A DNA stretch of 64,000 nt from Planctomycetota bacterium (GTDB lineage Bacteria; Planctomycetota; UBA8742; UBA2392). Location of the stretch: assembly GCA_022071975.1 (NCBI GenBank), contig JAJVIO010000035.1:15162-79161 (forward strand). The letters run 5' to 3'. The translations under genes and the position numbers were made by a program. This document shows positions 29,634 to 38,421 of the stretch, one piece after another. The notes below the pieces were generated by a model, which was not told the DNA's origin, made no database searches, and worked only from the letters and a program-made list of their open reading frames with translations. Numbering within the stretch: the first letter of the stretch is position 1; every line of letters begins with the position of its first letter.

Positions 29634-30860
29634 CTAGAAGCCGATGCTCAAGCTGAACACCAGGCGGGTTTCGTCGCCATCGTCGCGGCGCTTGCTCTGC
29701 TGGTGTTTGAACTCGGCGCGCAGGACCAGCTTGCTGATCGGGCGGAAGCTGATTCCCACGGTCATGCCGATGCGGTCGTCGCGAGCCGCGGCGCCGACGT
29801 GGTCGTCGTTCAGGTCGTTCTGCTCAAGGCGGAAGATCAGGCCGATGTACGGGTTGTTGCCGAACGACTTGCCGCGCCAGCTTGCGGGGAACGGGTCGAA
29901 CTTGAACAGCACGTCGACGAAGTAACCCCACAGGCCGTTGGGCGTGGTGATGCTGCTGTCGCGGTTGATCCAGAAGCGCGACCATTCGCCGGTGATGTCG
30001 ATGCCGAAGCGCTCCATGATCTTGATCTTGACCGCGCCATCGACGCCGGCGCCGCGCAGGGACTGGGTGTTGTCGGGTCCGATCTCCTGGTAGGTGTAGC
30101 TGAAGCCGAAGTCGGCCGTGACGACGTCGGTGCCCATTTCGTCGATGCGTGGCGTAATGCCGAGCCTGGCCCAGATCGCCTTGTTGCCGTTGTTGTCTTC
30201 ACGGAAGCTCTGGCGCGCGTCGCGGCTGCCGCCGTTGTTGCTGAACTGGTCGTCGAAGCCCTGGGTAATGCTGATGTCGTAGCTGAAGCTGACGAAGGGC
30301 AGCTGGTTGAAACTGCCGTAGACGCCTACGCCGGGCTGGTCGAAAGCGCTGGGCACCACGCGACGAGCGGCGTAGGGGCGGTCGGCCAGGTCCCAGTTGA
30401 TGTCGTCGTGCTCGACGTTGTAGCGTCCGAAGGCAATCAGCAGGATGCCGGTCTTGAAGTTGAGTTCGTCGAGTGGGGTGATGCGGACTTCGGCGTACTC
30501 GATCAGTATCTCGTTCTCGGTCAGGAACCCGGCGTCTGCGCCGCCGCCTTCAAACTCGACTTCCATGCCGAAGCCGAGCCAGTCCATGATCTGCCATTCG
30601 AACTGGGGCACGATGCGGATGGCGTCGAAGAAGTTCACGCTCTGCCCGCCGTTGTAGCGGTCGAGCGTCTTGTGCATGAAAGTCGCATAGCCGCCGATGT
30701 GGAACTCTCCAAGGGGCGTGTCGAACTCACCGAGTTGGCCGTCGTCCCACTTTTCGATGGGCGTTTCGTCGGTCTCGGGCTCCTGGTTGAGTGCGAGGTC
30801 GGCCTGGGCTTGCACGGAAGCGGCAAAGCAGAGGAACAGCAGCGGAATCAGCAGTCTCAC
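29634..30860 (-). CDS. Outer-membrane porin (OprO/P-like beta-barrel)
   Basis: AAGGAG RBS, signal peptide, IGGY, EVEFE, IEYA and DNNGNK motifs, C-terminal Phe. Confidence 0.8.
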   Translation of the reverse strand: MRLLIPLLFLCFAASVQAQADLALNQEPETDETPIEKWDDGQLGEFDTPLGEFHIGGYATFMHKTLDRYNGGQSVNFFDAIRIVPQFEWQIMDWLGFGMEVEFEGGGADAGFLTENEILIEYAEVRITPLDELNFKTGILLIAFGRYNVEHDDINWDLADRPYAARRVVPSAFDQPGVGVYGSFNQLPFVSFSYDISITQGFDDQFSNNGGSRDARQSFREDNNGNKAIWARLGITPRIDEMGTDVVTADFGFSYTYQEIGPDNTQSLRGAGVDGAVKIKIMERFGIDITGEWSRFWINRDSSITTPNGLWGYFVDVLFKFDPFPASWRGKSFGNNPYIGLIFRLEQNDLNDDHVGAAARDDRIGMTVGISFRPISKLVLRAEFKHQQSKRRDDGDETRLVFSLSIGF

Positions 30861-30892
30861 GATGGTCTCCTTTCAAGGGGCCCATCTCTTAC

Positions 30893-30938
30893 TGCGACTC
30901 ATTCGCATTTGCAACAGTAAATGAGAACGTTTCTCAGT
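30893..30938. promoter_or_regulatory. Two Fur-box-like palindromes upstream of the porin
   Basis: TGCGACTCATTCGCA (30893-30907) and TGAGAACGTTTCTCA (30922-30936) resemble the 7-1-7 Fur motif TGATAATnATTATCA. Confidence 0.6.
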
Positions 30939-30955
30939 TTTCCTCCCCAAAAGAA

Positions 30956-30981
30956 AACCGGCCCGCCGAAGCGGGCCGGTT
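30956..30981 (-). terminator. Rho-independent terminator
   Basis: AACCGGCCCGC-CGAA-GCGGGCCGGTT with an adjacent A-tract (U-tract on the minus strand). Confidence 0.75.
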
Positions 30982-30998
30982 CTGTGACTTGATTCCAA

Positions 30999-32096
30999 CT
31001 ACGACACGCCGTCCAGGCGCAGCGTCAGGTTCGCGCCGCCAGGCACGATCACGCCGCCTGTCGAGTCCGCCTGGTCCGTGGTCAGCTCCGAGGTGTTGTT
31101 GTCCTTCAGCGTGTCCACCAGGTACAGCGTCCAGGTACCGGCCGACGGCTCGCCGTTCAGGTTCATCAGCGGGCCCGCCGGAGTGCTGCCCACGGAGAAC
31201 GTGAAGGTTTTCAGCGCCAGCTCGTCGTTGATGGTGATCTCATCCGTCGGCGTGTCCGGGAAGCCCAGCGCGATCCAGTTGCCGGTGGGCGACACCAGCA
31301 CCCAGTTCGTGCGGGTGTCAAACTCCGTTCCCGAGCGCACGTACACCGAAAGTGTCAGCGTGAAGCTGCGCACAAAGAACGAGGCGCCCGTGAACGTGAA
31401 CTGGTTGGCCAGCATACGGCCGGTGCCGAACCAGCCGATATCCAGCGGCTGCCTGACACCCTGGGCTTCCGGGATGATGCTGTAGTTGCCGCTGGCGGCG
31501 TCGAGGCTCTGCGTTTCGTTCGGTGTGCCGCCCAGGCCGGCCTGTTCACCACGGTTGATGTGCAGGCTGGCGTTGCGGAACAGGCAGCGCCCGTCGTCGT
31601 CTTCCAGGTAATCCTTCAGCTGGATGCGCCAGGTGCCGTCGCTGCTCAGGCCGTCAAACTCGAAGAGGAAGGTCACTTCAACCTGCGGGTCCCACACCGA
31701 GCTCTGCTGGATGTCCAGCGGCTTCCAACTCGAGGCGGTGCCGTTGGGCGCGACGCAGCGGCACAGCAGCTCCACCTCGTCGAACTCTTTGCCCTTGGGC
31801 GGCATCAGGTACAGGTGCGTACGAACTTCTTCAACGGTCGCGCTGCCGCCCATGTCGAATTGGACGGTAAGGTGATCATCGTCGAAATCATCACCCTCAG
31901 GGATCTTCAGCTCGCGCATCTCTTCAGGAAAGGTGCGCGTGTCGTAGTAGGCGCGCAGCAGTGGTGAAGAAGCCAATGCCCGGGTCGGAAGCGGACGCTC
32001 TTCGTCGTCATCCTCATCCCACGGAGCCTGGCAGTCCGCGCCCAGCAGGGCGAAGACGCTCAGCAGCAGCAACAACGCCAGCTTGTCCTTGTGCAT
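30999..32096 (-). CDS. Lipoprotein with two proprotein-convertase P-domain-like modules
   Basis: Signal ending LGADC; FDGLSSDGTWRIQLKD and LNGEPSAGTWTLYLVD. Confidence 0.75.
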   Translation of the reverse strand: MHKDKLALLLLLSVFALLGADCQAPWDEDDDEERPLPTRALASSPLLRAYYDTRTFPEEMRELKIPEGDDFDDDHLTVQFDMGGSATVEEVRTHLYLMPPKGKEFDEVELLCRCVAPNGTASSWKPLDIQQSSVWDPQVEVTFLFEFDGLSSDGTWRIQLKDYLEDDDGRCLFRNASLHINRGEQAGLGGTPNETQSLDAASGNYSIIPEAQGVRQPLDIGWFGTGRMLANQFTFTGASFFVRSFTLTLSVYVRSGTEFDTRTNWVLVSPTGNWIALGFPDTPTDEITINDELALKTFTFSVGSTPAGPLMNLNGEPSAGTWTLYLVDTLKDNNTSELTTDQADSTGGVIVPGGANLTLRLDGVS

Positions 32097-32196
32097 GGTT
32101 TCCCCCGACACACGTACCGCTAACATTTGAAGGCAATAAGATTTACAAACTTAACCCCGGCCGCCGTCGCGGTCAACCGTGTCAGGCCGCTGCAAA

Positions 32197-32340
32197 TGGC
32201 GGGTGCCCCATTCCAGCTGCCGGTGGCCGGGGCAGACGGAACACACTGGTCGCTCACATACAGTGTGCTTTTGTCCAACCTCGGTCCCGACAACTGGAAT
32301 GAGGCACTCGCTGAAACTCGGGGAGGGGGGCCACCCCGAG
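32197..32340. ncRNA. Candidate structured RNA (long rod plus hairpin)
   Basis: Arm 32197-~32245 pairs with ~32258-32313 using many G-U pairs; second hairpin CTCGGGG...CCCCGAG at 32317-32340; intergenic. Confidence 0.4.
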
Positions 32341-32517
32341 CTGCTATCATTCCTGCCGCTCGGTACAGCAGAACAATACCACACGTAATGCTAGTGGCAA
32401 ACAGGATCGCTCGTTTTGATAAGATTTTTATCGTGTAAGAAAGTAGATTCGCACATACTGTGCGATTATCTTACATTTCAGCTAACAAGATGTCATGCTA
32501 GGCGCCGAGGCTGAATC

Positions 32518-33390
32518 TCAGCGACGCACCTTCAAAGACACGTCCAGAGCCGGTGCGGAGTGGGTCAGCGCACCCACACTGATGCGCTCCACGCCCGTCT
32601 GCGCGTAATCTCGAACCGTGGCCAGTGTCACGCCGCCCGACACCTCAAGCTGCGTTTTCTTTACATCCGCGTCGCTGCTGCCCCGGTATGTCACGGCCGC
32701 CCGGATGTCATCGAGCGAAAAGTCATCCAGCAGAACGATGTCGGCCCCGGCATCAATGGCGGCTTTCGCCTCGGACAGGTTCTCGGCCTCTGCGGTCAGG
32801 CGCCTGCCGGGGTTGGCTTCGCGCAGCATGGCGATCGCCTCGGGGAGCTTGAGACCACTGAGGTACAGGTGATTCTCCTTGATCATCATCTCGTCGTAGA
32901 GGCCCATGCGGTGGTTGGCGCCGCCGCCGCAGCGCACGGCGTACTTTTCGAAGGCGCGCAAGCCGGGCGTAGTCTTGCGGGTGTCGAACACCATGCAGCG
33001 CGTGCCCTCGATGGCGTCCATAAAGCGCCCGGTCAGCGTGGCAATGCCGCTCAAGCGCTGGATCAGGTTCAGGGCCGTGCGTTCGCCGGCCACCAGTTGC
33101 GGCAGCCTTGAGCTCACGCTGGCCGCAACCGTGCCGGCGCGCAGCCGGTCGCCGTCCACGGCCTGGAACTCGACTTTCGCCTCCGGGTCCAGCCTGTGGA
33201 ACACGACCTCGAGCCATTGCAGGCCGGAAATCACGCCGTCCTGCTTGATCTTGAGGTCGGCGATGCCTTCGCGTTCGGGGTCAAGCAGCGTGCCGCCGGT
33301 CAGGTCGCCGGGGCCCAGGTCTTCCTGCAATGCCACGGCCGCCAGCGTCTCGGCCAGCATCAGCAGGGTTTCATCCATGTAGTGGCGCAT
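32518..33390 (-). CDS. nadC: Nicotinate-nucleotide pyrophosphorylase
   Basis: EDLGPGDLT, ERTALN, DTRKTTPG, HRMGL, IKENH and ISVGALTHS motifs. Confidence 0.96.
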   Translation of the reverse strand: MRHYMDETLLMLAETLAAVALQEDLGPGDLTGGTLLDPEREGIADLKIKQDGVISGLQWLEVVFHRLDPEAKVEFQAVDGDRLRAGTVAASVSSRLPQLVAGERTALNLIQRLSGIATLTGRFMDAIEGTRCMVFDTRKTTPGLRAFEKYAVRCGGGANHRMGLYDEMMIKENHLYLSGLKLPEAIAMLREANPGRRLTAEAENLSEAKAAIDAGADIVLLDDFSLDDIRAAVTYRGSSDADVKKTQLEVSGGVTLATVRDYAQTGVERISVGALTHSAPALDVSLKVRR

Positions 33391-33393
33391 AGA

Positions 33394-33470
33394 GTGATTT
33401 CGGACTTTGGATTCTGGATTGCACAGCCCCAGCCTGCATCGGCAACCCAGAATCGAAAATCCAAAATCAC
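33394..33470. repeat. Inverted heptamer repeat array
   Basis: GTGATTTCGGACTTTGGATTCTGGATTGC ... GCAACCCAGAATCGAAAATCCAAAATCAC. Confidence 0.7.
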
Positions 33471-34024
33471 CCGCGGGAGGCTTTTTCGATCAGCGCGTCG
33501 TACTTGGCTTGCAGCTCGCGGGGCAGGGGCTGTGTGCCCATGCGGTTGGCGAGCAGGTTGACGCAGTCCTCGTTGCGCCCGAGCTGGTGGTACTCAAGCG
33601 CCATCTCGTAGCGCAGCCAGGGCGCCAGCTCGTCGGTCGAATCCACGTGCATGAAAGCGCGTTCAAACCAGTTGAAGGCTTCCTGGTGCAGGCCGGCCTT
33701 CGACAGCGCGGCACCATAGCGTCGCGCGCCGACCGCAGACTTGGTGCGCGTGCCCCACAGGCTGGCCATGAAGCGGTGGTCGCGTTCGTCGCCGGCGGCC
33801 GCTTTCTCGGCGGCGGCGACGCCGATCGACTCGTTTTCTGCACCCATGCGGTCGTAAAAGCGCGTCAACTCGGCCTGGCGGTTCGCCGCGGGCGGCACCA
33901 TGTCGTCGGCGGGCTCCTCAATGCTGGCGCAAGCGCCCAGCAGCATGAAGGCGACGACCAACAGTGCGGCCCACTTCTGCCGCCTGCCGCCTGCCGCCTG
34001 CCGCCTCAAAACGGTTTCTCTCAT
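33467..34024 (-). CDS. TPR-like lipoprotein
   Basis: GAGGA RBS, lipobox LGAC, helical repeats. Confidence 0.65.
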   Translation of the reverse strand: MRETVLRRQAAGGRRQKWAALLVVAFMLLGACASIEEPADDMVPPAANRQAELTRFYDRMGAENESIGVAAAEKAAAGDERDHRFMASLWGTRTKSAVGARRYGAALSKAGLHQEAFNWFERAFMHVDSTDELAPWLRYEMALEYHQLGRNEDCVNLLANRMGTQPLPRELQAKYDALIEKASRG

Positions 34025-34049
34025 CCATTCCTCGCAGGCAATGTAACGC

Positions 34050-35003
34050 TCAGCTGCCCAGTCCGTTTGCCGATTCCTTGCGCTCAGCCTCCGACCCGCC
34101 GGCCCGGCGCTTCAGCCGCCAGAAATACACCCAGCGGCAGTAGGAATCAAACTGCGCCAGGTCTTCAAACAGGTAATCGCCCGAATCCGCACCATCAGCC
34201 AGCGCCAGCGTGGCGCCCGGCTGCGTGGCAGCGCCCGCGCAGGCCGCGATCTCTTTTACCGCCAGGTGCAGGTTGCGCGCGCGGCTGGCCGAATGCTCCA
34301 GCCCCGTGATGCGTGAGTTGCCCGTGATGCGCAGGCGCTCAAACGGCCGCGTAAACACCAGGTCAAGCACCGTGCCGACCTTGCCGAAGCCTTCCACCTC
34401 CGTCTGCACGCCGGGTGACTTTCCGGCCAGGGCGGCCTCAAGCGCTTCCCCCACCGCCTGGCCGCCGCGCGCGATTTCGTTGGCCAGCGGGAACACGCGG
34501 CTGCGCGCTTTCTCAAGCTGCCGGGCCGCCATGCTTTGGCGGTCCGTGGCGTCGCTGAAGCCGGCCTCTTCGATCTTGTCAATCAGCCCGGCGGTCTGCA
34601 CGGCCGGGTCCATCAGGATGCCGCCGGCCAGCATGGCCAGGTCGTCCCACTTCCAGAGTTTCGGCAGCCCCGCGCCGGCAATCGACGGCGTCGCAAAGCC
34701 CTCGGGCGTGACCTGCGACAGCGAAACCTGCACGGCCTTGGGCAGCAGCGGCAGCTCGGCGTCGGGCACGCACAGCGCTTCCACACCGAAGTCGCCCAGC
34801 ACCTTCACGGCCGCCTCGGCAGCGGTTTGCTCGGCCCCTTCAAACAGGATACCGCGCTGCAGGCGGCAGGCGCGCACGGTGTCGGAGCGCGGCAGTTTCA
34901 AAGCACGCGAAAGCTCCGGCGCCACCAAGGCCGGATCCAGCCACGCCGCAGCCTGCAACAGAACGCAGAAACGCCCCGGTCCACGAGAAAGTCGCACAGC
35001 CAT
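34050..35003 (-). CDS. Hypothetical protein
   Basis: 317-aa ORF co-oriented with its neighbours; no motif recognised. Confidence 0.6.
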   Translation of the reverse strand: MAVRLSRGPGRFCVLLQAAAWLDPALVAPELSRALKLPRSDTVRACRLQRGILFEGAEQTAAEAAVKVLGDFGVEALCVPDAELPLLPKAVQVSLSQVTPEGFATPSIAGAGLPKLWKWDDLAMLAGGILMDPAVQTAGLIDKIEEAGFSDATDRQSMAARQLEKARSRVFPLANEIARGGQAVGEALEAALAGKSPGVQTEVEGFGKVGTVLDLVFTRPFERLRITGNSRITGLEHSASRARNLHLAVKEIAACAGAATQPGATLALADGADSGDYLFEDLAQFDSYCRWVYFWRLKRRAGGSEAERKESANGLGS

Positions 35004-35138
35004 GCAAGCATTAGAGAGAGGTCAGAGGCCGGAGGCCAGAGGCCACCCGCGCTGCGTCCGTCCGCGCTACATCTCGGGAGGCTGTGCCCCTTGCCCGCGC
35101 ATGATGCGCCGAACGCGTGCGGTCAATAACATGCTCCT

Positions 35139-36542
35139 ATGCACGCCGAGGAAGCCTACCTGTTCCGCCACGCTCTGTTGCGTGAGGCTGCCTATGAGCT
35201 GCAGCCGCCAAGCCTGCGTGCCCGGTTGCACGCAACGGTGGTCGAAATCATCGAGCAGGAGTTGAGCAGCCCTCCCGATTTGTCCGCCATTGTGGCCGAC
35301 GAAACACAGCCCATTGATCACTGGGCCGAAGAACTGCTCCTTCACTGCCGCGTGGCGGAACAGAACGGCCTGACAGCATTGGCAGAGCGCAGGATGTTCT
35401 ACGCTGGCCGAGCTGCGCGCCAGTGCCTGAAGGAACATCGGCTCGCGCAAGCGGAAGCCTACGCGCTCGATGTTGCCCAGGGTCACGGCGAGCCGGCGAT
35501 TCGCTGCACTGCTCTGCTGCTCGCCTCGGATGCGGCGGGTTTCCTGGGCGACTGGAACCGGGCCACCCGTTACGCCGAAGACGGTACCGCCATTGCGCGG
35601 TCGCCGGAGGTGCAGTTCCTCAGCTCGAAGGCCCTGCTGCAACTCGCGTGGTGTCGCCTGGCGATCGGCGAAGTTTCAATCGCCGAGCAGCTCTTCCAGC
35701 GCGGCTTGGCTGCGGCTCGCGCCGCGAAACAGGCACGGGAGGTGATGGCCGCACTGAACGGCCTGGCATCGCTGTTCCGTCAGACCTCTCGGGCCGCTGA
35801 AGCGGAAGCCGCTGCCACCGAGGCGCTCAAACTTGCGCGTGCGCGCGGTGAGGCGGTTGACGAGGCTGGTGTCCTGGTGGGTCTGGCGTCGATCCACCAG
35901 GACTTCGGGTCTCCGTCGGAAGCCCTCCCCCTGTGCGAGGCGGCGCTGGCGGTCTTCAGGCAACGGAACATGGCGCGTGAACTTTCCTTGACACTTTCCA
36001 ACCTGGCGAACATCAAGAAGCAGCTCGGACACCGGACTGAGGCCGAGAACCACCTGCGCGAGTCAATCAGCATCGCGCGCGCGATTGGCGACCGGCGCTC
36101 GGAAGCCGTATCCTTGTCGAACCTGGCGAACCTGCTGCGGGATGTCGGTCAACTGGACAAGGCGATGGAGGCCTTCTCCCGCGCAATCGCCATGCACACG
36201 GAACTCAACAACCCGCACTCCTGCGCGATCGCCACCTTCAACCTGGCCCTGGCCCACGAGCAAGCCGGCGACCCGAACCACGCGGCCGCGTTGATGCAGA
36301 AGGCCGGCGAGACATTTGCCGCGCTGGGCAACCCCCGCCTTGCGCGCATCGCGGACGGCCAGCTGGGTTTGATCCGGCTGGCGGCGGAAAGCGCTCCGGC
36401 TGCAGCCAGGGTGCGCCAGGCCGCCCAAGCCCTGCGGGATACTGGCGCCGAGAAAGATTCCGCGGATCTGCTGGAAGAACTGGGACGCAGGCTCAATGCG
36501 TCGCAGCCCGTGAACCAAGCAGACGGTCAGCACCTGAGCTAA
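35139..36542 (+). CDS. TPR-repeat protein beginning with a STAND winged-helix motif
   Basis: YLFRHALLREAAYE at residues 7-20, then TPR repeats (LSNLAN...AIGDRRSEAVSLSNLA). Confidence 0.8.
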   Translation: MHAEEAYLFRHALLREAAYELQPPSLRARLHATVVEIIEQELSSPPDLSAIVADETQPIDHWAEELLLHCRVAEQNGLTALAERRMFYAGRAARQCLKEHRLAQAEAYALDVAQGHGEPAIRCTALLLASDAAGFLGDWNRATRYAEDGTAIARSPEVQFLSSKALLQLAWCRLAIGEVSIAEQLFQRGLAAARAAKQAREVMAALNGLASLFRQTSRAAEAEAAATEALKLARARGEAVDEAGVLVGLASIHQDFGSPSEALPLCEAALAVFRQRNMARELSLTLSNLANIKKQLGHRTEAENHLRESISIARAIGDRRSEAVSLSNLANLLRDVGQLDKAMEAFSRAIAMHTELNNPHSCAIATFNLALAHEQAGDPNHAAALMQKAGETFAALGNPRLARIADGQLGLIRLAAESAPAAARVRQAAQALRDTGAEKDSADLLEELGRRLNASQPVNQADGQHLS

Positions 36543-36607
36543 TCAGCATTGACGCCCGGCTCCGCGGAAAAGTCGACCTGCCATACATGCACCGGATAAA
36601 GGGCAAC

Positions 36608-36713
36608 GTGGCACGCGCTTCCAGCGCGTGTGTCGTTCCACGCGCATCCTGCGCGTGTCCGGCCATGTGCTGGAAGCACATGGCACGACTCACGGCCTTG
36701 AAGGCCGTGCTAC
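36608..36713. repeat. GTAG/GTGG-family REP cluster (REPIN-like)
   Basis: GTGGCACGCGCTTCCAGCGCGTG ... CATGTGCTGGAAGCACATG ... CACGGCCTTGAAGGCCGTGCTAC; same family as 14012..14112. Confidence 0.75.
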
Positions 36714-37894
36714 TCGCGGGTGATGCTCAGAGCCACGCCGAGGCCTCCGCTTACGCACAGGGTTGCCAGGCCGCGCTTGGCGTTGCGGTGTTTCAGGGCG
36801 TAGGCGAGGGTGGTTACGATTCTTGCGCCGGTGTTGCCGATCGGGTGGCCCAGCGCGATCGCGCCGCCGTTCACGTTCAGGCGCTCGCGCGGGATCTTCA
36901 GCTCGCGGTCACAGGCCAGCACCTGGGCGGCGAAGGCCTCGTTCAGCTCCACCAGGTCGTAATCCTCGATCTTCAGCCCCAGCGCCTCATTCAGCTTGCG
37001 CGTGGCCGGCACCGGGCCGATCCCCATCACCTTCGGGTCCACGCCGGCGAAGGCGAAACCCTCCAGGTGCGCGAGCACGGGCAAGCCCAACTCTTTGGCC
37101 TTCGTGCCGCTCATTAACAGCACCGCGCTGGCGCCGTCCGTGATGCCGCTGGCGTTGCCCGGATGCACCGTGCCGCCATCCATGAACACCGGCTTCAGCT
37201 TGGCCATGCTGGCGGCCGTGGCGCCCTCGCGCACGGGCTCATCAGCTTCAATCAGCGTGTCGCCCTTCTTGCCCTTGATCACGATGGGGCTGATCTCGGC
37301 CTTGAAGGCGCCGGCCTTGATGGCCGCTTCCGCCTTGTTGTGGCTGGCGGCCGCGAACTCATCCTGCTCTTCGCGAGGGATGCTGTATTGCTCGCGCAGG
37401 GTTTCGGCCGTGCGGCCCATGAGCTGGTCGGCGAGCGGGCAGTGGAAGCCGTCGCGGTACATCAGGTCGATCACCTCGCCGTGGCCGAGGCGATAGCCGT
37501 CGCGCATGCCGGCCAGCATGTGCGGCACGTTGGACATACTCTCCATGCCGCCGGCGACCACGACCTGCGCGACGCCAAGCTGGATCTGCTGGGCGCCCAG
37601 CACGATGGCCTTGATGCCGCTGGCGCAGGCCTGGTTCACCGTGGTCGCGACCGCGGTCTCGGGTATGCCGGCGCGGATCGTCACCTGGCGCGCGGGGTTG
37701 GGGCCGCAGCCGGCCTGGCGCGCGTGGCCCATGTAGACTTCGTCGATCAGCTTGGGATCGATGTCGGATTCGGTCAGCACGGCCTGCACGGCGTGGACGC
37801 CCATATCCACGGCGCCCAAAGATGCCAGGCCGCCGGCGAATTTTCCGATCGGCGTGCGCTTGGCGTGCGTGATGACGATGTCGTTGAATTTCAT
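36710..37894 (-). CDS. Acetyl-CoA C-acetyltransferase (thiolase)
   Basis: [34 protein letters not shown] and LCVSGG motifs. Confidence 0.95.
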   Translation of the reverse strand: MKFNDIVITHAKRTPIGKFAGGLASLGAVDMGVHAVQAVLTESDIDPKLIDEVYMGHARQAGCGPNPARQVTIRAGIPETAVATTVNQACASGIKAIVLGAQQIQLGVAQVVVAGGMESMSNVPHMLAGMRDGYRLGHGEVIDLMYRDGFHCPLADQLMGRTAETLREQYSIPREEQDEFAAASHNKAEAAIKAGAFKAEISPIVIKGKKGDTLIEADEPVREGATAASMAKLKPVFMDGGTVHPGNASGITDGASAVLLMSGTKAKELGLPVLAHLEGFAFAGVDPKVMGIGPVPATRKLNEALGLKIEDYDLVELNEAFAAQVLACDRELKIPRERLNVNGGAIALGHPIGNTGARIVTTLAYALKHRNAKRGLATLCVSGGLGVALSITRE

Positions 37895-38072
37895 GGCTCG
37901 GCTCCTTGGGTCCGTGTTTAACAAACAGGTGGGCGGGTTACAGTCCCTGTGGGTGCTGCAACCAGCGGGCGTTCCTGTGCTTGACGGGCATAGGTGCGTT
38001 GGTACGCTCGCGCCCCGCTTTACGACTTCCGCTCTTGAAGGGCCTGCCCTGAGCGAGCGTAGCGAGTCGAAG

Positions 38073-38148
38073 GGTCAGGTAGCTCAGTTGGTAGAGCAGC
38101 GCATTGAAAATGCGCGGGTCGCCGGTTCAAGTCCGGCCCTGACCACCA
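38073..38148 (+). tRNA. tRNA-Phe(GAA)
   Basis: 76-nt cloverleaf GGTCAGG...CCTGACCACCA; anticodon arm GCGCA-TTGAAAA-TGCGC. Confidence 0.96.
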
Positions 38149-38414
38149 TCAAACACGGCCTCCTGCGGGAGGCCGTGTTTGATAACCGCCGATGCCTTGG
38201 CGGTGGCGGAACACCGTCCCCATTGACGCACCCCTTGAACCGATCGGTTGCCTGCGGCAACCGGCCGCTACGCTTACGCTCGGCCTATGGGCCGAGCTGC
38301 TTCGCTTTCAAACGCAGTGCGTTTGAGGTTCAAGTCCGGCCCTGACCACCATCAAACACGGCCTCCTGCGGGAGGCCGTGTTTGATAGCCGCCGATGCCT
38401 TGGCGGTGGCGGAA
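38124..38414 (+). repeat. tRNA-linked 88-bp direct repeat (203-bp period)
   Basis: 38124..38211 and 38327..38414 match with 1 mismatch; each contains the tRNA 3' 25 nt, a long hairpin and a CCGCC..GCCTTGGCG..GGCGGA palindrome. Confidence 0.9.
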
Positions 38415-38421
38415 TGCGATG

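Noticed and set aside
38047-38074. CCCTGAGC...GTCGAAGGG element abutting the tRNA-Phe 5' end
   Set aside because: It resembles a widespread short palindromic repeat, but there is a single copy here and nothing further can be supported.
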